From Polyangiaceae bacterium (lineage in GTDB: Bacteria; Myxococcota_A; Polyangia; Polyangiales; Polyangiaceae): a stretch of 29,070 nt of DNA. Below, one piece after another: positions 16,732 to 25,657 of the stretch. The translations under genes and the position numbers were made by a program. The stretch covers positions 1-29,070 of the forward strand of contig JBGANF010000105.1 of NCBI GenBank assembly GCA_044222475.1, written 5' to 3'. Position 1 is the stretch's first letter; the number at the start of each line of letters is the position of its first letter. The notes beneath the pieces are model-generated. The model searched no databases. It worked only from the letters and a program-made list of their open reading frames with translations, and was not told where the DNA came from.

Positions 16732-17361
16732 ATGAAGTCCAACGTCAAGTCCCTCGCATTCGCCGCGCTCGCGGTATCCACCATGTTCGCCTGCAGCGCC
16801 GCTCCGGAAGGCGAGTCGGTCGACGATCTCTCCTCCGACGAGGCCGCGCTCGGCGCGAGCTGGGACGGCGTCGAGACCGAGGCCGCCCCCGACGACGAAG
16901 CGCTCGGTGCGCTCGATCTCTCGACCGGTCCGATCGCCGAGGCCGATCCCCTCCAGAACCTCGACGAGCCGACCGAGGAGCTCGGGTGCACGACCGCGAC
17001 CGGCTACAAGCGCGGCGTCAAGATGACGATCTGCGTGACGACCATCGACGGCAAGCTCGTCGAGGTCCACACCGCCTCGGCGTTCATCAAGATGCGAGCC
17101 GCTGCGAAGAAGTCCGGCGTGTACCTACACATCGTCAGCGGGTTCCGCACGATGGCCCAGCAGCGCTACCTCTACCAGCTCTACAAGTCGGGCAAGGGCA
17201 ACCTCGCCGCGCCTCCCGGCTACTCGAACCACCAGAGCGGGCACGCGCTCGATCTCAACACGAGCTCGGGTGGCGTCTACAGCTGGCTCTCGAAGCACGG
17301 CGGCGCGTACGGCTTCAAGCGCACCGTGCCGTCGGAGATTTGGCACTGGGAACACTGGTGA
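16732..17361 (+). CDS. M15B (VanY-like) D-Ala-D-Ala carboxypeptidase-family lipoprotein
   Basis: Signal ending MFAC, acidic linker, SGFRT, PGYSNHQSGHALD (SxHxxGxAxD) and EIWHW zinc motifs. Confidence 0.92.
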   Translation: MKSNVKSLAFAALAVSTMFACSAAPEGESVDDLSSDEAALGASWDGVETEAAPDDEALGALDLSTGPIAEADPLQNLDEPTEELGCTTATGYKRGVKMTICVTTIDGKLVEVHTASAFIKMRAAAKKSGVYLHIVSGFRTMAQQRYLYQLYKSGKGNLAAPPGYSNHQSGHALDLNTSSGGVYSWLSKHGGAYGFKRTVPSEIWHWEHW

Positions 17362-17370
17362 GCCGGGAGG

Positions 17371-18309
17371 TCAGAGCCCGTACTTCACCTTGAAGTAGCT
17401 CTCGACGTCGGCGACGTCCTTCGATGACATCGTACCGCTGACCAGGATCATCTCGGCGATCTTGCCTTGGAGCGTGTGATTGTCGTTGGCGATCGATCCG
17501 ATGTACGCGGCGACGCTCGTCGCGTCGCAGTTGGCGGTCGCGTTCGCCGTCGGAGTGCCGTCAGTGGTTCCGTTCACGCGGACGCTGATCGCTCCGTTGA
17601 CGCGGACGAACGCCAATTGGCGCCACGTCCCGTTGTTGAGCTTCATGGTCGCGCTCTTCACGTTCACGCCCGCTGACGTGCCCCCACCGAGCGTCCCATC
17701 GGTTACCGGATCCGGGAACGAGCCGAAGAAGTGAACGCCGCCCGTGTAGGCCGGATAGTCGGCCTTGTGGTAGAGCGTGCCCCAGACGTTGCTGTTCGGA
17801 GTGCCGGGATCGCCGTTCGTCCACATCGCGACGACGGAGACGTAGAAGTCACCGGTGCCTAGACGCAAGGATGCGCTGTCCGCGACTTGGAGGCGCGCAG
17901 TCGACGATGCTCCTCCCGGATTCCCGAACTGCACCGCAGGACGGCCGTTCACTCCGTTCGCGATGAAGAGCGGCGCGACGGCGACGGATGCGTCGTTCGG
18001 GACGTAGGTCGCATGGTTGCCCTTGCCCGACTGATCGTTCCACGCGGTGACGCGATTCGAACCGTCGCTCGTCACGCCTTTGCTCGCATCGAGCCAGAGG
18101 ACGAGACCGCCGAGGCTGCTCGGGCTGAAGACAGCCGAGTCCGGTCCGGTGTCTTGTTGCGTGCCGGTATCCGGCACCGGGCCCGTGTCCGCGGTGCCCG
18201 CGTCGGGCTGTTGGGTCGCAGGGGTGTCACCGACACAGCCCGCGAGGAACGTCACGAACATGGACACCAGGCGGATGTCCGTGCGCAGGCCACCGGTCGA
18301 GCTCCCCAT
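17371..18309 (-). CDS. LamG/concanavalin-A-like domain lipoprotein
   Basis: Lipobox LAGC, DAG/DTG linker, LVLWLDASKG, WNDQSGKGNHA, NGRPAVQF, GKIAEMIL, VESYFKVKYGL; start could be GTG 18345. Confidence 0.8.
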   Translation of the reverse strand: MGSSTGGLRTDIRLVSMFVTFLAGCVGDTPATQQPDAGTADTGPVPDTGTQQDTGPDSAVFSPSSLGGLVLWLDASKGVTSDGSNRVTAWNDQSGKGNHATYVPNDASVAVAPLFIANGVNGRPAVQFGNPGGASSTARLQVADSASLRLGTGDFYVSVVAMWTNGDPGTPNSNVWGTLYHKADYPAYTGGVHFFGSFPDPVTDGTLGGGTSAGVNVKSATMKLNNGTWRQLAFVRVNGAISVRVNGTTDGTPTANATANCDATSVAAYIGSIANDNHTLQGKIAEMILVSGTMSSKDVADVESYFKVKYGL

Positions 18310-18345
18310 TCGCCGAGGTTCGTCGATTTCTGCGCGGTTTTCCAC

Positions 18346-19212
18346 TCACTTCTTTCCTGCCAACCGACCTTCCGCCGTGATCACGGCGCGGAGCCGCGCT
18401 TCGACGATGTCGTTCGCGAGCTCGATGCGCTCGAGCGGGTCGGCGACGTGCTCGGTGGCGGCGCGCAGGTCGATCGGCTCCAGGATGACGGTCTCGACCG
18501 GACACGGGTTCGGGACGAACAGAAGAGTCAGCGCGACGAGGATGCTCCACCACGGAAGCGCGCCAGCTGCGCACGCCGCAACGGTCGCGACGACGCCGAG
18601 CGTAGCGAGGGGAACCGGGATTCGCTCGTCTCGCCACAATCCCCAGCGCTTGAACCTCTCTCCCAAGATCTCGCCGATCCACGGGAGCAACACGTAGGTC
18701 GGGTGACTTCCGACCGTCGCGATCGGGACGACGAGCGCGCCGGTCTCCAGCGCGAGTCGCACGTACCCGCGCCGACGCCCGAAGCTCACCTCTCGAGCTC
18801 GGGTGATCGGACGGCAGGCGTCGTAGCCGCCGCCTGGGAACACCGCGACGTGATGACCCCGTCGAATCGCTTCGCGAGCGCTCTCCGGGTTCGCCGTGAC
18901 CGCGCCCGCCGCGCGGAGGAGCCGGCCGATGATGGGCATGTTCACGAAGAGATCGTGCGCGAGCCCGACCGTCGTCCGATCGGGCGCGATCGTGGTGCGT
19001 GAGCCCAGCAGGCAGACGATGTCGGCGATGCCGATGCCGCTGTGGTTCCCGACGAAGATCGAGGGAGCCGACGGGACGTTCTCGACTCCCCGCAGACGGA
19101 AGCGGAACCAACCGCGAGCCACCACCCGTAGAAACGTCTCGAACGCGTGGGCGAGGCGTGGGTCGCGCTCGGCCTCGACGTCGACGTAGCGACGAAACGC
19201 CATGGGTTTCAT
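18346..19212 (-). CDS. lysophospholipid/diacylglycerol acyltransferase family protein (PlsC superfamily)
   Basis: GVENVP, FVGNHSG..D, VFPGG, GYVRLALETGALVVP. Confidence 0.9.
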   Translation of the reverse strand: MKPMAFRRYVDVEAERDPRLAHAFETFLRVVARGWFRFRLRGVENVPSAPSIFVGNHSGIGIADIVCLLGSRTTIAPDRTTVGLAHDLFVNMPIIGRLLRAAGAVTANPESAREAIRRGHHVAVFPGGGYDACRPITRAREVSFGRRRGYVRLALETGALVVPIATVGSHPTYVLLPWIGEILGERFKRWGLWRDERIPVPLATLGVVATVAACAAGALPWWSILVALTLLFVPNPCPVETVILEPIDLRAATEHVADPLERIELANDIVEARLRAVITAEGRLAGKK

Positions 19213-19296
19213 GGGCGCGGACCTTCGCAGGTCAAGACGACGAGCGCGTTCGAACGCGCGCCAGAAGGTTGTGCTCGGGCGCCAAGGACGCGGCGA

Positions 19297-20943
19297 CTAG
19301 GGTGCCAGACGGAAGACCGCCGAGCTCGCGCCAGCCAGCTTCACCTTGATCGTGCCGCTCGCGAGGGTCGCCTCGCCTCCGTCTCCCCACACGACCGGCC
19401 CGATGTTGGTCAGCGTCGTCTCGGGAGCAGCGCCCTCTTGCGGATCTTCGGAGAGGTTCTCGATCACGAGGTAGGCTTCTTCCGCGTTCTTGCGGACGAA
19501 GGCGAAGATCGACGGGTTGTCGAGATCGAGGAGCCTCATCTCGCCGGTGCCCCACACCGGGTGACCGCGACGGAACGCGAGGAGCGCTCGGTAGAAGGTC
19601 AGCATCGAGTCAGGGTCGGCGTCTTCGGTCTCGACGTTCGTCACGTCGGCGGCCTCGGCGAAGTCGAGCCAAGGCTTCGCGCTCGAGAAGCCGTGACCGG
19701 CGGCCTTCGTCCACGGCATCGGCGCGCGCGCGGAGTCGCGGTTGTCGACCACGACGCCCGCGCCGTCGTGGAGGCCGAGCTCTTCGCCGTAGTAGACGAA
19801 GGGCGTCCCCTTCGCGAACATCGAGATCTCGGCGACGTGACGCTGGCGCCACGCGCGACCGTTGGCCTTCGTCCACGCGCGAGCGACGTCGTGCGAGCCG
19901 ATGACGAGCGCGTCCTGCGCGCCCGCCGGGTACGACTTCAGCGCGGTGTCGAACGCGTCGTAGATGATCTTCCGATTCTGCCCGAGGAGCGAGATCCCCC
20001 AGAAATACCCGAAGGGGAAGTTGAACCCGAGGTGGAACATGTCCTTCCCGGAGCCGAAGTACGCGGAGGCGCCGCCGATCGATGCTTCGGCGACCATCGC
20101 GCGATCGGGGAACTGGTCGAGCACGGCGCGCAGCTTCTTGATGTAGTCGACCGTCTCCGGGATCATCTCGCAGCCGGACGCGCTCTCGAAGAGGAGCCCG
20201 ATCACGTCGCAGCGGAACCCGTCGACGCCCTTCTGGAGCCAGAACTTCGCGGTGTCGAGCGTCTCGGCGACGACCTCGGGGTTCTTGTAGTTGAGGTCGG
20301 GCTGCTCGGGGTAGAAGCGGTGGAAGTAGTACTGGTTGCGCGCAGGCTCGAAGGTCCACGCGTTCGTTCCGAACTGCGGGCCGTACGTACCGCAACCGAT
20401 GTCGGGGCTCGACGGCGTGTCCGACCACACGTACCAGTCGGCCTTTGCCGCCGTCTTGCTCGTGCGCGAGTCCTGGAACCAGGGGTGCGTCGACGCCGTG
20501 TGGTTCAGGACGAGATCCACCATGACGCGGATCTTGCGTTGGTGGGCGGCGGCGAGGAACGCGTCGAACCCGGCCATGCCGCCGTAGTCCTTGTTGACGT
20601 CGCGATAGTCGGCGATGTCGTAGCCGGAGTCCTTGAAGGGCGTCGGCATGATGGGCATGAGCCAAATCGCGTCGATGCCGAGGCCCTTCAGGTAGTCGAG
20701 GCGCGACGTGAGACCGGCGAAGTCTCCGATGCCGTCGGCGTTGGTGTCGGTGAACGAACGGACGAACACCTCGTAGATCACGGCGTGGCGGTACCAGTCG
20801 GGGCCGGTGAGGAGCTGCTCGGCGCGTGCCTCCTGCTCGGGCGTCGCCTTGGTGGGAGGACGCGGCTTCGTGACCGGCGTGGGATCGCTGGAACAACTCG
20901 CGGCGATCATCGCGAGCACGGCGAGCACGGTCATCCGACGCAT
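19297..20943 (-). CDS. GH13 alpha-amylase/alpha-glucosidase family lipoprotein
   Basis: ATG 20943 MRRMTVLAVLAMIAASC; YEVFVRSF, DGIGDF, GYDIADY, DLVLNH, QPDLN, catalytic GFRCD, VAE, SHD. Confidence 0.95.
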   Translation of the reverse strand: MRRMTVLAVLAMIAASCSSDPTPVTKPRPPTKATPEQEARAEQLLTGPDWYRHAVIYEVFVRSFTDTNADGIGDFAGLTSRLDYLKGLGIDAIWLMPIMPTPFKDSGYDIADYRDVNKDYGGMAGFDAFLAAAHQRKIRVMVDLVLNHTASTHPWFQDSRTSKTAAKADWYVWSDTPSSPDIGCGTYGPQFGTNAWTFEPARNQYYFHRFYPEQPDLNYKNPEVVAETLDTAKFWLQKGVDGFRCDVIGLLFESASGCEMIPETVDYIKKLRAVLDQFPDRAMVAEASIGGASAYFGSGKDMFHLGFNFPFGYFWGISLLGQNRKIIYDAFDTALKSYPAGAQDALVIGSHDVARAWTKANGRAWRQRHVAEISMFAKGTPFVYYGEELGLHDGAGVVVDNRDSARAPMPWTKAAGHGFSSAKPWLDFAEAADVTNVETEDADPDSMLTFYRALLAFRRGHPVWGTGEMRLLDLDNPSIFAFVRKNAEEAYLVIENLSEDPQEGAAPETTLTNIGPVVWGDGGEATLASGTIKVKLAGASSAVFRLAP

Positions 20944-20950
20944 GACGCGC

Positions 20951-20965
20951 AGTCTAGCGTACGCT
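20951..20965. promoter_or_regulatory. putative bidirectional -10 elements
   Basis: AGTC-TA-GCGT (20951-20960) and the perfect palindrome AGCG-TA-CGCT (20956-20965) in a 39-bp divergent gap. Confidence 0.55.
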
Positions 20966-20982
20966 GCACGGTCAGAGGCACC

Positions 20983-21843
20983 ATGTTCAGCACCGCACTG
21001 CGAGACGACGGACTCGAAAGCCTCGAGCTGGTCGACGGCGACGCGAAGAGCAAGCTCGTGATCGCACCGAGTCGCGGCGGGATGGCGACGCGATGGCACG
21101 CGCTCGGGCGCGACGTCTTCTACCTCGACGAGACGACGCTCCACGACGAGACGAAGAACGTCCGCGGCGGCAACCCGGTCCTGTTTCCGCAACCGGGCAA
21201 GCTCGACGGCGACTTGTACGAGCGCGACGGACGCCGTGGGTCGATGAAGCAGCACGGCTTCGCGCGCAACCTCGCGTGGAAGGTGACCCGTCGAGGAACC
21301 GACGGCGCAGCGTCGGCGGTGCTGCACCTGACGTCGAGCCCGGTGACCAAGGCGTCGTTCCCTTGGGACTTCAATGCAGAATACACGTACATCCTGCGCG
21401 GGCAGGTCCTGCGAATCGAGCAGCGCTTCGAGAACACCGGCAACGACCCGATGCCCTTCGGGGCGGGGTTTCACCCGTACTTCCACGTGAAGCAGGCCGA
21501 CAAGAAGGCCGCCCGCGTCGGGACGACGGCGACGCGGGCGTTCGACAACGTGACCAAGCAGACGGTCGCGCTGGCGATCGATCTCGCGACCAAAGAGACC
21601 GACCTGCATCTGCAGGATCATGGTGCCAAGCCGTGCACGCTCGAGTGGGCATCCGGGTCGATCGCGGTGCGCGGCTCCGAGGAGCTCACCCACTGGGTCG
21701 TCTGGAGCGTCGACGGCAAGGACTTCGTGTGCATCGAGCCGTGGACCTGCCCGGGCAACGCGCTGAACACCGGCGACCGCTTGCTGATCCTCCCGCCGGG
21801 CGAAACGCGCACGCTTTGGGTCGAGTACGAGGTTCGGCGCTAG
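20983..21843 (+). CDS. aldose 1-epimerase (galactose mutarotase-like)
   Basis: ATG 20983 after AGAGG; RGGNPVLFP, QHGFARN, GFHPYF, FVCIEPW. Confidence 0.93.
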   Translation: MFSTALRDDGLESLELVDGDAKSKLVIAPSRGGMATRWHALGRDVFYLDETTLHDETKNVRGGNPVLFPQPGKLDGDLYERDGRRGSMKQHGFARNLAWKVTRRGTDGAASAVLHLTSSPVTKASFPWDFNAEYTYILRGQVLRIEQRFENTGNDPMPFGAGFHPYFHVKQADKKAARVGTTATRAFDNVTKQTVALAIDLATKETDLHLQDHGAKPCTLEWASGSIAVRGSEELTHWVVWSVDGKDFVCIEPWTCPGNALNTGDRLLILPPGETRTLWVEYEVRR

Positions 21844-23465
21844 TAGACCGCGACGCACTTTCCGGCGGTGCACGTCTCGTGGCGACTCGGATCACAGGCG
21901 TGACCGCACGCGCCGCAGTTGAGGGAGTTCGTGAGCAGGTCGAGACAGTACCGACCGCCGCAAGCCTTCATCGTTCCCGCTGGTCGGTGCTCGCGACGCT
22001 CCAACACGTCGCACGTGACGCAACCGAGGTCGCCGCTGCCGTCGAGTGGGAGACACACGGTGTCGAGCGGACAACGATGCGAGCACGCGCCGCAGTTGTC
22101 GACGTCCATCATGATGCAATCGCCGCCGCACCACACTCGCCCACCCCAGCAATGGCATTGACCGCGGACGCACCGCTCGCTTCCGGGGCACATGTCGAAG
22201 GTGCCGCATGGCTTGCCGGTCGCGTGAGGGTCCGTCCCCGGCGCCACCGTCGGGGCGGCGACCGTCGTCGCGTCTTCGGCGGCGCGCTGCATCGGCTTGG
22301 GCGCGGTCGGCACGGTCGCCGCAGCGGTGTGCGCGCTCGCCGACGCGCTCGGGGTCAGCGACGAGAGCGGCTCCAGGATGACCATCGACGGCGGCGGAGG
22401 GACCGACGCATCCAGCGCCTGCGCGACGGACGGCGTCTGCGGCGCGAGAACCGAGGAGCGCACCACGAGCGCACCGATGGCAGCGAACGCGACCACACCG
22501 ACCCCAACGGCCACGGTGGGTGCGCGCGCCCTCTTTCGTGCGGGGGCCGCCGGCATGGGCTCGGACAAGACGCGGGTCGGCAGCGCCGACGGCGGCGGCG
22601 GCGGCTCGTGCTTCGGCGCCGCCGGGTCGAGCCACTCGACGAGCGCCTTCGCCATCTCCGCCGCGCTCTGCCATCGCATCGCCGGATCGTGAGCGAGCGC
22701 TCGATCGACGATCCGCGCGAACGTCGGGTCGAGCTCGGGGCGGAGGCTCGCGATCGGCGTCACCGCCCCCTTCAAGAGCTGCTGCACGATCGCCGCCGGC
22801 GTGTCTCCCTCGACGGGCCGGCGCAACGTGCATGCATAATACATGGACGCACCGACGCCGTAGACGTCGCTCCGGCCATCGACGCCTTCTCCCATGGCCT
22901 GCTCCGGCGCCATGTACGGGAGCGTGCCGACGAACGCCGTCCCGAGCGTCGCGGGGATCATCGTCACGTCGGCGGTCGACACACCGAAGTCGACGAGCTT
23001 CACGATCTCGCCGAGCGCGGCCGAGGGCACGAGCACGACGTTCGCCGGCTTCACGTCGCGGTGGACGATGTCGAGGCGGTGCACCTCGGTGAGCGCCGTG
23101 AGCACCTGCAACGCGATCTTCGCGACGCGCTCGGGGGGAAGCGCTCCGTCGCGCTTCACGAGCGCGCTCAGCGACTGACCTTCCAGGTACTCCATCACGA
23201 GGAACGGCGGTCCGTCGGGCGGGATCTGAAAATCGCGGATCTCGACGACGTGCGGGCTGTGGATCGCGGTCAGCGCGCGCGCCTCGCGCTCGAAGCGGGT
23301 GCGCTCTTCGGGGGTCGCCTTCGCGACGTGGAGGATCTTCACCGCGACCCTGCGCTTGATGTCGGTCTGAATCGCTTCGTAGACGGCGCCCATTCCCCCA
23401 GCGCCGAGGAGCCGCTCGATGCGGTATCGCCCGCCGAGCGTTTGGCCGATGAGCGGGTCGGTCAT
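21840..23465 (-). CDS. transmembrane Ser/Thr protein kinase with C-terminal Cys-rich (Stig1-like) ectodomain
   Basis: LGAGGMGAVY, VAVK, HRDVKPAN, DFG, YMAPE; TM VAVGVGVVAFAAIGALVV; DVDNCGACSHRC and NSLNCGACGHAC repeats; ATG 23465. Confidence 0.95.
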   Translation of the reverse strand: MTDPLIGQTLGGRYRIERLLGAGGMGAVYEAIQTDIKRRVAVKILHVAKATPEERTRFEREARALTAIHSPHVVEIRDFQIPPDGPPFLVMEYLEGQSLSALVKRDGALPPERVAKIALQVLTALTEVHRLDIVHRDVKPANVVLVPSAALGEIVKLVDFGVSTADVTMIPATLGTAFVGTLPYMAPEQAMGEGVDGRSDVYGVGASMYYACTLRRPVEGDTPAAIVQQLLKGAVTPIASLRPELDPTFARIVDRALAHDPAMRWQSAAEMAKALVEWLDPAAPKHEPPPPPSALPTRVLSEPMPAAPARKRARAPTVAVGVGVVAFAAIGALVVRSSVLAPQTPSVAQALDASVPPPPSMVILEPLSSLTPSASASAHTAAATVPTAPKPMQRAAEDATTVAAPTVAPGTDPHATGKPCGTFDMCPGSERCVRGQCHCWGGRVWCGGDCIMMDVDNCGACSHRCPLDTVCLPLDGSGDLGCVTCDVLERREHRPAGTMKACGGRYCLDLLTNSLNCGACGHACDPSRHETCTAGKCVAVY

Positions 23466-23474
23466 CCATCGACA

Positions 23475-23484
23475 AAGGTACACT
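23475..23484. promoter_or_regulatory. putative bidirectional -10 element
   Basis: AAGG-TA-CACT gives TACCTT (minus) and TACACT (plus), each exactly 9 nt from its ATG, in a 28-bp gap. Confidence 0.6.
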
Positions 23485-23493
23485 ACGCGCGCC

Positions 23494-25599
23494 ATGCTGC
23501 TCCGCGCATCCGTCGCCGTGTTTCTGAGCAGCACGGCGATGTTCGTGCTCGAGCCGACGGTCGGGCGCATGATCCTCCCGCACGCGGGAGGTGGCCCCTC
23601 GGTGTGGGCCGCATGCCTCGTGTTCTTTCAAGCAGCGCTGCTCCTCGGGTACCTCGCGTCGCACGCGCTCACGACGCGCCTCGCGCCGAAGCGCCAAGCC
23701 ATCGTCGTGTGCGCCGTCCTCGCGCTCGGGCTCGTGTTCCTCCCGACGCGGATCGGCGACCGCGCCTCGAGCTCTGCGCTCGGGGTCCTGGCGTCGTTGA
23801 CGCTCGCCGCCGGCACGCCGTTCCTGGCGCTCTCGATGATCGCGCCGACGCTCCAACGGTGGCACCACGCCGTCGAGCCCGACCGCGAGCCCTACGTACT
23901 CTACGCCGCGAGCAACGCCGGATCGCTCGCGGCGCTGATTGCCTATCCGTTCCTCGAGCCGTTCGTCGGTCTGCGCGCGATCACGGTCGGGGTCACCGTG
24001 GTCTACGTCGCGCTCGTCGCGGCGGTCGTCGTCGCGGCGATGCCGCTGCGCAAGGTCGCCCGCGTCGATGGCGACGACGACGCCACCGACCCGGTGCCGG
24101 CGGCGCAGGCTGCGCGATGGGCGCTCCTCGCGTTCGTGCCGTCGGCGTATCTGGCCGCGGTGACGACCCACCTCACGGTGGAGGTCGCACCGGTCCCGCT
24201 CCTCTGGACGATCCCGCTCGCGCTGTACATCTCCACGTTCGTCGTCGCCTTCGCGGGGTGGACGCGCGCGAGCACCCTCGCGGCGCGAACGCTCCCGTTC
24301 TTCGCCGTCGCGATCGCGTTCCTCCTCGTCACTCGGATCGTGCATCCTCCCGTCACGATCAGCGCGGTTCACCTCGCGGCGTTCTTCGTCGCCGCGCTCG
24401 CGTGCCACGGCGAGCTCGCGCGGCTGCGACCGCACGCATCGCAGCTGACGTCGTACTACGTGTGGATCGCGGCCGGCGGCGCTGCCGGGAGCGTGTTCGT
24501 CAGCTTGCTCGCGCCGCTCCTCTTCGACCAGTACCTCGAGTATCCGCTCCTCCTCTTGTTCGCGCTCACGATTCGACCCGGCGCGGCGACGGCCCGCGCG
24601 CCCCGCGTGGACGTTCTCTTCGCGCTCGGCATCGGCGTGGTCTCGATCGCCACGACGACGTTCGCGCGATCGCAATCCGGCGTGATCGCGGTGGTGCTGT
24701 TCCCCGGCGTCGCGCTCGCCGTCGCGCTGGTCGCGATGAACCACGCGCGGCGCTTCGCGCTCTCGGTCGCGCTCGTCCTGGCGACCGCCGGCGTCTACGG
24801 CGGCGGGGATCGCACGTTGTTTCGCGAGCGGAACTTCTTCGGAACGCTGCGCGTGTCGAAGAGCCCGAACGGCGCGTTCGTGGTGCTGACGAACGGCACG
24901 ACGGTGCACGGAAGGCAGTTCGCCGACCCGGCGAAGCGTAGGCAGCCCATCTCGTACTATGGGCGATCCGGTCCGGCGGCGGACCTCTTCGATCTGGCGC
25001 GCGCGGACCACCTCGCGGAGGACGTCGTCATCGTCGGGCTCGGCACCGGGACGATCGCAGCCTACGCGCTGCCGGGTGAACGATGGACGTTCCTCGAGAT
25101 CGATCCCGCCGTGATTCGGATCGCGCGCGACCCCGCGCTGTTCACGTTCTTGACCGACGCGTTCCCGAAGGGGGACTACACCGTGCGCGAGGGCGACGCG
25201 CGAATCGCGCTCCAGTCGTTCGACCGGCCTGTGGGGCTGCTCGTCGTCGACGCCTTCGCCGGCGACGCCATCCCGACCCATCTGCTCACCGTCGAAGCCG
25301 GGCGGCTCTACGCCGACAAAGCTCGGCTGGTCGCGCTCCACGTCAGCAATCGCTACGCGGATCTCGCGCCCACCGTGGCTCGACTCGCCCGCGACATCGG
25401 CTGGATCGCGATGGAGCGCGACGACGACCTGCTCACCGACGAGCAGCTTGCCGGTGGTCTGTCTCCGTCGGATTGGATCGTCCTCGGTCCTTCGTCGGAG
25501 GCGCTCGCCGGTATCGGCGACCAGTGGGTGAGGCTCCAAGTCGACGATCGACCCGCATGGACCGACGATCGCGCGAGCGTGATCACGATCTTGCGCTGA
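23494..25599 (+). CDS. fused membrane (MFS-like)/spermidine-synthase-like SAM-binding protein
   Basis: GGGPSVWAACLVFFQ, PYVLYAASNAGS, many TMs; C-terminal NGTTVHG, IVGLGTG, LEIDP, GDAR, VDAFAGDAIPTHLLT. Confidence 0.9.
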   Translation: MLLRASVAVFLSSTAMFVLEPTVGRMILPHAGGGPSVWAACLVFFQAALLLGYLASHALTTRLAPKRQAIVVCAVLALGLVFLPTRIGDRASSSALGVLASLTLAAGTPFLALSMIAPTLQRWHHAVEPDREPYVLYAASNAGSLAALIAYPFLEPFVGLRAITVGVTVVYVALVAAVVVAAMPLRKVARVDGDDDATDPVPAAQAARWALLAFVPSAYLAAVTTHLTVEVAPVPLLWTIPLALYISTFVVAFAGWTRASTLAARTLPFFAVAIAFLLVTRIVHPPVTISAVHLAAFFVAALACHGELARLRPHASQLTSYYVWIAAGGAAGSVFVSLLAPLLFDQYLEYPLLLLFALTIRPGAATARAPRVDVLFALGIGVVSIATTTFARSQSGVIAVVLFPGVALAVALVAMNHARRFALSVALVLATAGVYGGGDRTLFRERNFFGTLRVSKSPNGAFVVLTNGTTVHGRQFADPAKRRQPISYYGRSGPAADLFDLARADHLAEDVVIVGLGTGTIAAYALPGERWTFLEIDPAVIRIARDPALFTFLTDAFPKGDYTVREGDARIALQSFDRPVGLLVVDAFAGDAIPTHLLTVEAGRLYADKARLVALHVSNRYADLAPTVARLARDIGWIAMERDDDLLTDEQLAGGLSPSDWIVLGPSSEALAGIGDQWVRLQVDDRPAWTDDRASVITILR

Positions 25600-25657
25600 G
25601 CACTATCCTGCCTGTTCCGGATCATGCCGCGCGCGCGTGGAGGCATCACACTGGTGC

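Noticed and set aside
19213..19296. Short hairpins (GACCT-TCGC-AGGTC; CGCGTTCGAACGCG) as terminator
   Set aside because: Short stems with no U-tract; expected by chance in GC-rich DNA.
19147..21873. Apparent 898-aa and 858-aa proteins suggesting fusions or a long overlap of GH13 and epimerase
   Set aside because: Their N-terminal extensions are antisense read-through of the opposite gene; true starts at 20943 (signal peptide) and 20983 (SD) give no overlap.
21093..25539. Very long ORFs 21093..24941 (+, 1282 aa) and 21892..25539 (-, 1215 aa)
   Set aside because: Arg/Ala/Gly-rich alternative-frame shadows of well-supported genes; stops are scarce at about 70% GC.
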